DNA of 64,000 nt from Eledone cirrhosa (lineage: Eukaryota): assembly GCA_964016885.1 (NCBI GenBank), contig OZ024742.1, forward strand, positions 116,312,001 to 116,376,000, given 5' to 3'. The position numbers were made by a program, and so were the translations under genes. How positions within the stretch are numbered: position 1 is the first letter of the stretch; each line of letters begins with the position of its first letter. This document shows positions 28,165-39,959 of the stretch, piece after piece. Under the pieces are notes generated by a model. That model did not search any database. It saw only the letters and a list, made by a program, of their open reading frames with translations, and was not told the origin of the DNA.

Positions 28165-28245
28165 TAGGAACCAGTAAGACCCCGACGGCTGAGCTCAAGC
28201 CGTTCCGACGGGGTCTTACTGGTTCGGGGTCTTACTGGTTCCTAT
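28165..28245 (-). repeat. Fold-back hairpin containing the 3' half of a probable HHR
   Basis: Minus strand GGAA-cggc/gccg-TC-ggggtc. The inverted arm cggggtcttactggttc is present twice in tandem; TA-flanked. Confidence 0.6.
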
Positions 28246-29169
28246 ATATATATATATATATATATATATACTTGTGTGTATTAATGTTTATGTGCATGTG
28301 CGCATGTGGGTCTGAGTATGTGGCTGCGTGTTCATCTTCAATAATTTAGTTTGGCTGTCTGGCTACTGATCTTTAAGATTTGTCGATGTTTCTTTGTTCC
28401 TCTCTGTGCTGTGCATTGTTAAGGATGAGATGCACATTTGCCTGTCAATCATGTAACGTGTGTCATTAGTATTAATAGATACTCTCAGTAGAATAACAAC
28501 TTGACTTTATATAGAATAACAACTTGCTACTTATATTCTACTATATGTCCCAGCTATGTCTCTAAAGCTTCTGGAAACGTCTCTTTATCATATGTGATAC
28601 ATAGATAAATATAATCACACCAACACATATAATTTGGTTGGCTTGTTTCAGGTCGTACACATGTTGTATATTATGTATCGGCTTTTGAATTCTAGGGGAA
28701 TAGTTTACCGGTTAGGGTGCTGATTTCACGATCGGATTTTCGTGAGTCCGGTCCAAAACCGGACGACGCGTTTAGTTCTTAAGCAAGTTACTTTGATTTT
28801 CATTGCTGCAAAACTGAGCTGTACTTGTAATTCGACGCGTCCGGATTATCACCGAAAGTGTCACTCTAATTCTCCCTGAGAAGTATGCTACGCGTGCACG
28901 TTTCAGCCCCTAGCACGTTAATTTCAAGAGAAAGTTCTCCATTTTAATTAACTGGAGCCTTTTGTCGTCCGAAATAATTCACTCCTTTTTAGGACTTGAG
29001 TTCCAATCCAGCCGATCAACTTTATATTTTAACTTCACGGAGGGTGATAAAATTAAGTATCACTCAAGTACTGGAATCGATATAATCGAATTGACCCTCT
29101 CCTCCGTTCGTGGGCCCTATGTTGTTTAATTTAGAAACCTTATTACTATTATTAATTTTGTTTGCGTTA

Positions 29170-29352
29170 GGCAGAATCATTAGAGCATAGAACAAAATGT
29201 GTCCGGCAATATACGTCCTGATCTAAAATCCCACCGAGGTTAGCTTTGTCTTTTATCCTTACGGGGTCGATAAAATAAAGTTCCTTTAATGCACTTGGGT
29301 CGAGTTAATTGGGTTCCCTCCCCCAAAATTACTGGCCTCTTGCCTATTGTAG
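29170..29352 (+). mobile_element. SINE family A (diverged); related copies at ~28950-29140 and ~29848-30048
   Basis: Conserved cggggtcgataaaataaa core and ggcctcttgccta tail. Confidence 0.7.
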
Positions 29353-29371
29353 ATATCATGATCATCGTTAT

Positions 29372-29420
<49 letters not shown>

Positions 29421-29463
29421 GGTGGTGGTGGTGGTGGTGGTGGTGGTGGTGGTGTTAGTAGTA

Positions 29464-29500
<37 letters not shown>

Positions 29501-31059
29501 GAGGAGGAGGAGGAGGAGGAGGAGGAGGATATCTGGTGTAATAAAGAGTCAATGTGATGCTGGCTTGTTCATATAATATGATTTTCCAATTTCACCGAAA
29601 TTACCAAACTACACGCAATATTTACCAAAAGTAGAGACACATCCAGAGAAGTCCTTCAAATTCATGGGATATCAGAAGAAATTAATCGGATAATATCAAA
29701 TCGATTAATGGTTCCATTCTCTTAAATGTAGTTGCAATGAATATAATGAGAAATATGTAATGACAACTACATATGTTTTTCTCAAACTAGCCCATTTAGC
29801 AAATGTGTAACAATGTTTAAATACGATTAATGTATTACGTTTCGTTAGGGTGGTAGATTGTCAGAGTCGTTTGAGCTCCGCACAAATGCTTTTTAGTATT
29901 TGTTCTTTACTTTCTGATTTCATATCAAGCCGAGTTCAAATTTTTCCTTTCGGGGTCGATAAAATAAATACCAGTAAAATACCGGGTCCGATATAATTGA
30001 TTTTTCCGTTTCTTCAAAATTGCTGTACTTGTGACAAAATGAGAAACCAGCAGACGTTTGGTTCTGCTCAAACTACGAAAGAGTAAATTTGTGATAGAAA
30101 CTGTGTTGAAGCGGCTGATTTATGGCGTCCACACGCAACTGTATGATCGTTGGTTCTATTCAACAGAGAGTCAATTGTTGCACGAACTGTCTTCCATGAT
30201 GATCGCGTGTCCATTAAATCATTATGTGTAAAATATGGGGGACTGAAATTATGGGTTAGATTGTCGGTTACATACATGCTCGCCCTCGGACGCAAAGAAA
30301 AATGCATACATGTATAGATGCATATATACATACTTTCATACATAGTAAAACTATTTATTGCTTTAGGATGCATTTCACTCCGGATCATAACTGTCATAAG
30401 ATTTGTGATAGAAATTCTATTAACCTGTCTTACTCCAAATCACCTAACCATGCCATATATATAACCTATATTATTATGAAATAGTTCTAACTGAAATTGC
30501 ATCTAGAGGGACAACTAAACTGTAAAGCGGGAAATGTCTAACTAGTTATATAGTGTATAGATATGAGGTTAGTACATCTTCCACATAAGTTTAACAACTA
30601 ATAGATTCAAGCATAATCATTGCTTTCCATTACAAGTAGGAAGGAATTCAGTATCAACCGACATCTGGAGCTTGAAAGATAGAAACAATTGATATGGCTT
30701 ACATTAAGGAATATTAAAAATATCTAGAATGTTTAACTGTAACAAAATCGCCGAGATATTTATGGAGCTGAAAACTTGTAAAATATTTATGCTAAAAAGT
30801 AGATCTTGCAGTGTTGATTTCAGATTTTGAGCAAAGGAAATACAAAACCTTTTCCTATTATAGCCCAAACTTTACCCAAACAGATGATATTGATCTATAT
30901 ACTAATAGTAAGCAGATGCGGTATGGTTAGACGCTGTGATTAATGAACTATTATTAGTGAGAAGTTGTAATTTGAACTCTCATTGTTCTTTTAGAATTTT
31001 GAATCGTATTTGGAACATATTATCAAAGTGAAAAAATAGCGAATATATATATATATATT

Positions 31060-31174
<115 letters not shown>

Positions 31175-31563
31175 TATGTATATAAATATATATAATTTTC
31201 TATTCGATACACGCGTCTGTATATGTTTATGTATGTGTGTATGTATTTATGTACATGTATGCTTATGTGTATGTGTTCTATATTGTATGCTGGTATAGGC
31301 TTGTGTACACCAACAGTTGAGTATGTAAGTAAATGTATATGCATGTGTTTACGTATATGCACATATATGCATGCGCATACGTAAATGTTCCGGTGACATA
31401 CATGCATATTTGTGTGTATGTCTATATAAGCACGTATAGACACACACACAGAGACACACACACACACACATACATATATATATACTATTAATAATGAGTT
31501 CAAATCTCAGGTAGTCCTTTACAATGAAATAGCTCAAAGAAAGAAGTATTTCTGAGCCGTGTA

Positions 31564-31967
<404 letters not shown>

Positions 31968-32274
31968 ATATATATACATGTATATATATATATATATGTT
32001 GTGGGCGCGCGTGTCTGCCTGTAGGTGTTATACGTGTGGCTATGAGTGTACTATTAGAAATCTGTGTATATATATAATCATATATTGAATAAATGAAGTA
32101 TTACTTATGTCATTAGTACTACAATTAGACCTTTTTTATAAATCTTTATCTCACCCATTAGTTTTTATTCAGATTTTTTATAAACATTCCATATATTATT
32201 TTCATTATTATTAGTAATAGTAGTTGTCATAGTAGTAGCAGCATCAGCAATAGTAGCACTAGTAGTAGTAAGCA

Positions 32275-32333
<59 letters not shown>

Positions 32334-32724
32334 TATAATTATTATCATTATTATTTTATTTAAATTAATAATTAGTTCCTAATTATTAATTTAGTCGAAT
32401 ATCCACTTGACGTAATACATTACACATGCATTTACCTTATAAGTACGTATGCACTAGTTGATGTATTCGTCAAATGACGTAAATTTTGCTAGATGTAATC
32501 TACGTCTTCGTTTGTAGTCGAAGTTCTACATGACGCCCTCTCGTTAATCTTACGTATTTCTAAATTTTGAATACCATATTTGCCCTTAAATATATTGAAA
32601 TGTTTCTATCTACGTCCCTTGATGTTAGAACATCTATGTTCCTGTGATATCTTTAGAGGAGAAATGCAAAGATCAAGTGATTAAATATATAATTTGTTCA
32701 TTCATTTATATATTTGTTCATGCA

Positions 32725-32759
<35 letters not shown>

Positions 32760-32967
32760 TAGATATTAATTCTTTATATATATATATATATATATATAAA
32801 GAATTAATATCTAGTAACATATATATACATACAGATGCATATCAATGCTAGCAAATATATAGGTTTTGTCTTCGTAACATTGTGGTTCAATGCATGGGGT
32901 TGCAGAACAATAATATAAGAGACGTAAAATAAGAAAATTATAAAATTAACTTACTTACTAAAATATC

Positions 32968-33049
32968 ACTTCCAACTAATTAGTTTCTGGAATGGAGTAA
33001 ATATATTTTCCGAAAAGGATATTGAGAAACATTCCGTCGTCAGGGAAGT
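32968..33049 (-). ncRNA. Type I hammerhead ribozyme
   Basis: acttcc-CTGACGA-c-ggaatg...cattcc-a-GAAA-ctaattag-TT-ggaagt: 6-bp stem I, 6-bp stem II base, palindromic stem III, GUU triplet. Confidence 0.88.
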
Positions 33050-33489
33050 CTATTCTCAGCTATGTTTCCAGGCAAAGCGAGGACTCTGGAAACTTATTAA
33101 AAAATAATTCAGAGGATAGGAAATAGCAAAGCGTGGACTGAATTCCTAGCCATTGAGAAAATCACTGCCTCTGCGTCTGTGGCAAATTCAAAAAGAATCA
33201 ATCACGTGACATCGAGGCCAATCAGTGGAAAGTGGTTTGCTAATAAGACAGCGGCCTGCCTACTACCAGTGCAGCAGTCATGGCCAATATTGCTCGACAA
33301 ATAATTTGGAGATAATTATAAAGAATTAATATCTAGTAACATATATATACATACAGATGCATATCAATGCTAGCAAATATATAGGTTTTGTCTTAGTAAC
33401 ATTGTGGTTCAATGCATGGGGTTGCAGAACAATAATATGAGAGACGTAAAATAAGAAAATTATAAAATTAACTTACTTATTAAAATATC

Positions 33490-33571
33490 ACTTCCAACTA
33501 ATTAGTTTCTGGAATGGAGTAAATATATTTTCCGAAGAAGATATGGAGAAACATTCCGTCGTCAGGGAAGT
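33490..33571 (-). ncRNA. Type I hammerhead ribozyme (second monomer)
   Basis: Same core and stems as 32968-33049, 522 bp away. Confidence 0.88.
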
Positions 33572-34026
33572 CTATTCTCAGCTAAGTTTCCAGGCAAAGC
33601 GAGGACTCTGGAAACTTATTAAAAAATAATTCAGTGGATAGGAAATAGCAAAGCGTGGACTGAATTCCTAGTCATTGAGAAAATCACTGCCTCTGCGTCT
33701 GTGGCAAATTCAAAAAGAATCAATCACGTGACATCGAGGTCAATCAGTGGAAAGTGGTTTGCTAATAAGACAGCGGCCATAGCAGCAGTCATGGCCAATA
33801 TTTCTCGACAAATAATTTGGAGATAATTATAAAGAATTAATATCTAGTAACATATATATATACATATATATATATGTAACATATATATATATATATATAT
33901 GTAGGAGGTGACTTTTATTGTAGTACAATAAAGCAATGCAGATATCGGATAAGAAGCACTCTACAGTTTGTAGGACTGGAGTATACATAATATATAAGAT
34001 CAAAAGATGGTTAAAAGAGTTCCATG

Positions 34027-34097
34027 TATTTTATTATGCGCATTTCAAAAACAAGTATCATCATGCAATAATATTTGTGTTTTCATCAGATAAAATA
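34027..34097 (-). ncRNA. Type I hammerhead ribozyme
   Basis: tattttat-CTGATGA-aaacacaaatatt...gatacttgttttt-GAAA-tgcgca-TA-ataaaata (8-bp stem I, palindromic tgcgca). An inverted partial copy starting inside stem II lies at 34146-34230. Confidence 0.85.
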
Positions 34098-34221
34098 GGA
34101 AGACATGATATGAAGGTTAAAAAACACTTGTGAATAGTGCAGTTTATTATTGCATGATGATATTTGTTTTTGAAATGCGCATAATAAAATACATGGAACT
34201 CTTTTAACCATCTTTTGATCT

Positions 34222-34260
<39 letters not shown>

Positions 34261-34273
34261 TATATCTGTGTGG

Positions 34274-34311
<38 letters not shown>

Positions 34312-34339
34312 ATGTGTATATATATTATATATATATATT

Positions 34340-34401
<62 letters not shown>

Positions 34402-34444
34402 TATACGTGGGTATGTATGTGTAATAAACTTTAATATAGTGAAG

Positions 34445-34494
34445 GCTTCTACAGGACTATAACTGTTTCATTCGAAGGAAATCATCAAGAGAGT
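34445..34494 (-). ncRNA. Degenerate HHR (family of 42346); second copy at 35153-35202
   Basis: TTGATGA-tttccttcgaat-GAAA-cag-ttatagtc-ctg-TA-gaagc; core C3 and stem I altered. Confidence 0.55.
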
Positions 34495-34510
34495 GTGATA
34501 TTTATATCTA

Positions 34511-34548
<38 letters not shown>

Positions 34549-34556
34549 AAGTAAAA

Positions 34557-34985
34557 TAAATAAGTCAAATCTTTAAAACTTAGCTTCGTTTATTACTGCT
34601 ATATATATTTCGGTGACAGCCATCTTTGGCTGTGACCTCTTCAGGCAGTCCGAATTAGTGTGGTATAGACTAGTACATATGTTGTTGAAGTGTATCATTT
34701 TGTCAATACTCTGATATGCCCAATTCCTGGTTGGGTTGTTATTTCACTGAGGAACTGGAATCATATGATTCATATGATTCCAGTTCCTCAGTGAAATAAC
34801 AACCCAACCAGGAACTTGGCATATCAGAGTATTGACAAAATGATACACCTCAACAACATATGTACTAGTCTATACCACACTAATTCGGACTGCCTGAAGA
34901 GGTCACAGCCAAAGATGGCTGTCACCGAAATATATATAGCAGTAATAAACGAAGCTAAATTTTAAAGATTTGACTTATTTTACTT
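34557..34985. repeat. Near-perfect ~430-bp palindrome carrying two divergently oriented HHRs
   Basis: Arms meet at ggaatcatatgattcatatgattcc (~34770); the right arm continues as unique module sequence to ~35085. Confidence 0.93.
34889..34943 (+). ncRNA. Type I hammerhead ribozyme (mirror copy on minus strand at 34595-34649)
   Basis: actgc-CTGAAGA-ggtcacagcc/ggctgtcacc-GAAA-tatata-TA-gcagt-AATAAA. Confidence 0.88.
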
Positions 34986-35217
34986 CATTTTACATTACTC
35001 CGGAGTAACCAAACCAACCTGCGCACTTCGTCTAGTGCTCCAGCTTGCATACTGAGGTGTTGGTATACAACCAATATATACTCAATATATATATATATAT
35101 ATATACATATATACGTGTGTATGTGTTTGTAATAATATTTAATATAGTGAAGGCTTCTACAGGACTATAACTGTTTCATTCGAAGGAAATCATCAAGAAA
35201 GCGTGATATTTATATCT

Positions 35218-35298
<81 letters not shown>

Positions 35299-35572
35299 GG
35301 AACAGATGGAAACGAAATTTTATTTCTCATTCTTAATACGGCTGATACCTAAATATAAGTATGTATGCGTACATACATATATGTGTACAGACGCACAGTA
35401 GTATGTATATATATATACATGCATGCATGCATATATATATATATATATATGTACGTATGGGCTTACCGAACATTTCTTATAATGTTCGGTTTGTTTGTAA
35501 ACAAACAGCCTAAATTACGCCGTACAGTGCTCGGTAACCATCGTTGCCCTTTTGTTCAACACCTAAACAGGA

Positions 35573-35615
35573 ACGATGTACTAGTTTCAAGCTTATTAGT
35601 TATCGTCAGCATCGT
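35573..35615 (-). ncRNA. Minimal type I hammerhead ribozyme inside a terminally redundant ~441-bp unit (35295-35795)
   Basis: acgatg-CTGACGA-taactaataagctt-GAAA-ctag-TA-catcgt. Direct repeats aaatggaa...tacggctgatacc at 35295-35356 and 35736-35795. Confidence 0.82.
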
Positions 35616-35789
35616 ATACCTTTCTGTCAGATGATTGAACATCTGAAAATATATACTTTCCTTAAGTATATTAACGGCTGAGCAGCCAAATTTGCATATC
35701 GAGTGAGTGAGGCGGCCGGGCATACCGAAAACGATAAATGGAAAAGAATGAAACGAAATTTCATTTTACACTCTTAGTACGGCTGATAC

Positions 35790-35826
<37 letters not shown>

Positions 35827-35910
35827 AAAGTTCTATTTAAATTGTTGGGATACAACAAGCAAATATTTTTATAACTGATATAAAGCACTCAACAAATATT
35901 TGGAGTAAAA

Positions 35911-36256
35911 ATACGATATTAACAAATGGAAACTATATTTATAAAACCATATTTATTTCATTATACATATTTCAAGGACACCAAGTTAAATTATGGTTTG
36001 CTTTCATCAGATAAAATATAATATAGATCAGTTTTATAAATAAATATTGACATACCCTTAAAGAATGCAACCATTACTGTTGGAAGCTCAACAGTAATGG
36101 TTGCATTATTTAAGGGTATGTCAATATTTATTTATAAAACTGATCTATATTATATTTTATCTGATGAAAGCAAACCATAATTTAACTTGGTGTCCTTGAA
36201 ATATGTATAATGAAATAAATATGGTTTTATAAATATAGTTTCCATTTGTTAATATC

Positions 36257-36260
<4 letters not shown>
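35911..36260. repeat. Near-perfect 350-bp palindrome carrying two HHRs
   Basis: Arms meet at tgttggaagctcaaca (~36085); the right end runs into (TA)n. Confidence 0.93.
36153..36217 (+). ncRNA. Type I hammerhead ribozyme (mirror copy on minus strand at 35954-36018)
   Basis: tattttat-CTGATGA-aag..acca/tggt..ctt-GAAA-tatgta-TA-atgaaata (8-bp stem I with one G.U pair). Confidence 0.82.
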
Positions 36261-36307
<47 letters not shown>

Positions 36308-36450
36308 GTAACATTTTCAAGGCTCGTTAATCATCGTTTTATATTGATGATGTTTCAGTTTCTGTCAGAATCCTTGCATCGATCAAAAAATATCTTGAGT
36401 TATTTGCTTAAGTTCATGCCCATGTCGAATGTGGTAACCTATTTACATGT

Positions 36451-36551
36451 AATTGTTTCTACTTTAGGCACAAGGCCAGCAATTAACCAGTACATTACTG
36501 GTACTTTATTTTATCGACCCCGTAAGGATGAAAGGCAAAGTTAACCTCGGT
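36451..36551 (-). mobile_element. SINE family A, 5'-truncated
   Basis: Conserved core and tail. Confidence 0.8.
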
Positions 36552-37079
36552 GACCTATTTACATGTAATATACTGTAGGAAGGCATGAATATAAGATTGA
36601 TTAAAATTCTTAGTGATGAAGCACCATCTTGGCCGCGGCTAATATCTGTTATTGCTGAAATGTAATAAGTTTCAGTTCTTTTTTTCTTATATCGCAATTT
36701 GCAATTATTCAAACTTTTGTCTGCTACATTACTGCAAATGAGATCGTTATTTCTTTATAATAGGAAAGGTAATGTCAGCTACTACAGAATATGTGATGGT
36801 GTTGTTTTATGTTTTGCTTTGATGTATTTTTAAATGATGTCAACATATTTGTGAGCGTAATTTGTCAAACATGTCAGCATACAAACGGTACATAGCATAA
36901 AGTATTTTTTTCCTAATTTATTTATCTTTTTATTCATTTTTGTACGACGCTCTGTTCACTTTTTTAAAATCTAAATAGTTTTATTAATAAACGTTACATA
37001 CATACATAGAAAGGTTCATACAAACATACATACATACAAACAAACATACAAAATACATAGATGTTTCTATGTTTATTTG

Positions 37080-37116
<37 letters not shown>

Positions 37117-37117
<1 letters not shown>

Positions 37118-37199
37118 CTGACATAGCTGTAAAAGAGGGTGTTTCCATAATTGCAAACGAATTGAATATTATTATTATGTGAAAAACTCAGATTACATT

Positions 37200-37283
<84 letters not shown>

Positions 37284-37297
37284 TGTATATATATATT

Positions 37298-37335
<38 letters not shown>

Positions 37336-37344
37336 AATATATTG

Positions 37345-37393
<49 letters not shown>

Positions 37394-37479
37394 CAAATGT
37401 AATCTGAGTTTTTCAAATATTAATAATAATATTCAATTCGTTAGCAATTTTGGAAACAGACTCTTTTATAGCCATGTCA

Positions 37480-37482
<3 letters not shown>
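37117..37482. repeat. Diverged ~85-bp inverted repeats flanking a ~195-bp (TA)n tract
   Basis: actgacatagctgtaaaagag...ctcagattacattt versus aaatgtaatctgag...ctcttttatagccatgtcagt. Confidence 0.8.
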
Positions 37483-37540
<58 letters not shown>

Positions 37541-37575
37541 TATTAATTGTATATATATATATATTTTATTATTAA

Positions 37576-38426
37576 CTAGCAGTAAAGCCCGGCGTTGCTC
37601 GGGGTCGCTCAGTAGCTGTGTTAAAGTTACAATGTTAAGTTTCTTTCTTGGCTTAAAAACTGTAGTGTCTACTGTGCAGTCTTGCATGTGGTGTTTTTGA
37701 TTAATATTCCTTCAACCAACAATATGCCTTATGAAGTTAAGAAAACATAACGATAACCCGAATATTATAACAAAAGAGGATGCTGGGGATAGAAACTGCA
37801 CTGGTTATTTATTAACAAAGATCGAAAATGTAAACACTGCAACGCAGAGAAAAACATTAGCGTAACCAAATTATCAGTTATGTCTGTCTGCACGCCTATA
37901 TCACCTCTCTGCACGACTATCTGTCTGCACGCGTATATCACCTCTCTGCACGACTGTCTGTCTGCACGACTGTCTGTCTGCACGCCTAACGAAATTTACA
38001 GATACATATATTTTAAATAAACTTATATAATTTTTGCTTTTTTTTTACGAAATATTTGCTTGTTTTACGTAGTCTTTAAATAGACTTGTTTTCAAGTAAA
38101 AATATTGTTTTAAAATGCTTTTAAATGGAATGTATTGTGTTAATGTCATTTTAAACGCTGAGAAAGCCAGCGTAATTTTTTACGTAAGACGCTCAATGTA
38201 AACAGAACAAAGGGAAATAACTGATAACTTACGCTCAAAAATCGATACATTATATTCGATTTCGTCACATAGGGTGGGTCAATTTGAAATTGTTTTTTCC
38301 GATGTCTTCGCTAGGGCTCAACGTACAAGTCTAACAATTTCGGTGCCATTCCGTGAGAGATTCTAAGAGGAGATGTGTGCCAAAAATCGATAGACAGACA
38401 GACAACCACAGTTTTATATATATAGA
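37576..38426 (-). mobile_element. Non-autonomous Helitron
   Basis: Minus strand starts TC(tatatatataaaac) after an A and ends with the hairpin cccgagcaacgccggg followed by CTAG before a T (A|T target, no TSD). Internal tgtctgtctgcacg tandem repeats at 37880-37985. Confidence 0.8.
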
Positions 38427-38575
38427 TTGTATATATATATATACAATTAAATTGCTTTATAACGAGATCAACCAAAACAAATTGAGAGTATGTTATTACA
38501 TCGGGACTTAAAAATAATCTGTTATACTTAACAATTCGTTATAACAGAATTTTACCTGTATATATATATATATAT

Positions 38576-39021
38576 ACTAGACCTGAAAAATGCGCAAGCT
38601 CAAAGGAGCCACATAATGTTATAATATACCTTCAAAAGTGTGGGACTAGAGTTGTTGCTCAAAATTATTGTTATCATTATCTATCGTACCCTCTGTGGCA
38701 TCCTTTTATAAAAAAGACTCTCATAACGAACTCAAGCCGACACGATACTTTTTTGAGCTAATGATCAATATCTCATATTAGATGTTTAGTAATGATTAAT
38801 ACGAAATGCACTTAAACCGAATTCTATATTATAAATTCACTTAAATAATTATCGTGTCGACTTGAGTTGGTTATGAGTCTCTTTGTTATAAAAGGATGCC
38901 ACCGAGTGTACGTTAGATAATGATTAGAATATTTTTGAGCAACAACTCTAGTCCCACGCTTTTGAAGGTTTATTATAACATTATGTGGCTCTTTTGAGCT
39001 TGCGTATTTTTCAGGTCTAGT
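38576..39021. repeat. Inverted repeat, ~170-bp diverged arms with a ~100-bp spacer
   Basis: actagacctgaaaaatgcgcaagctc... versus ...gagcttgcgtatttttcaggtctagt; the right arm is also similar to 50042-50176. Confidence 0.85.
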
Positions 39022-39071
39022 TCAATATCTTTTTTATGCAACGCATATAATAATTCTAGTTAAACATGATA

Positions 39072-39173
39072 TATCTATCTATCTAGGGCGGATAACATTC
39101 CCGATATCCATGGACGAGTTCTCTCCAGCGGTCTCTGACCCTCATTATCGCTGCCATGTCCTGCATCTCCAAC
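39072..39173 (-). mobile_element. Short RTE/RTEX 3' end with (TAGA)n tail
   Basis: Reverse complement matches 19298-19388 ([13 protein letters not shown]). Confidence 0.8.
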
Positions 39174-39711
39174 ATTAAATAAATATATTTTACATAATAA
39201 TTATTTTGGTTGAATTAATAAAAATTAAATATTACATACAAATATTCTAACATAATAATAAAAAAATAATCTAACATAATAATAATAAAATAATCTAACA
39301 TAAAACGAACAATAATATGGACATATATACAAGTAAAAATGATACAACCAATATTATAAGCATGTTATAACGAACTGAAAAACAAATAGTTAATATAAAT
39401 TTTAAAAATCATATATAAATTAACTATATAACTTACCAAAAGGAGAAATACAGGAGGAAGATTCAGAAGCGAAACGATAAGTAAACGCGCAAACTAAGTG
39501 GCGGGTGCTTTTGAGCAACAATTACTCTCATTGGTTGATTAGCCAATACGACGATGAAATTAGCCAATAAGACGATACATTACAAAAGATGTTTGGCAGG
39601 GATCACCACGGCCAGCAAAACCCCTTGAATTTTTAATTCACAAACTACGCATATAGGTCAGAACACGCAGTCTTAAAACATTCTGCTGTTAGTCACTGCG
39701 TGTCTAACAGA
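39174..39711. repeat. Dispersed repeat, copy at 51065-51611
   Basis: Colinear similarity, including repeated agccaat motifs and aaacattctg...gtcactgcgtgtctaaca. Confidence 0.8.
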
Positions 39712-39959
39712 TTAGTAAAAAGGAAAATAAAATGCTGACAAATGTTTCCCAGTGAAAAATAGTTTAATTATGAATAAGTATAAATTAGTAATAAGTATTA
39801 CTTAGTATTCAGTTTTAGTTTTGAGTTTTTACCGGTTGCGCATTTCTTGCGCATAATTTTGAGATGGAGTGCTCGTGATGTTTGCTCTAATCAGATTACT
39901 ACTATATCACAACTCGTGATTTTTGCTCTAATCAGACTATTTTTTAAATATATATATAT

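Larger units (their letters stand above)
32796..33862 (-). mobile_element. Tandem array of 522/511-bp non-coding monomers, each with one hammerhead ribozyme (retrozyme-like / PLE pseudo-LTR array)
   Basis: Unit start ataaagaattaatatctagtaac at 32796, 33318 and 33829; HHRs at 32968-33049 and 33490-33571; short inverted copy of the terminus at 32757-32778; (TA)n on both sides. Confidence 0.88.

Noticed and set aside
34557-36260. Interpreting the long palindromes as MITEs with terminal inverted repeats
   Set aside because: One arm extends beyond the other, there is no spacer or fixed terminus, and the arms contain HHR and poly(A) motifs; fold-back of a retro-module fits better.
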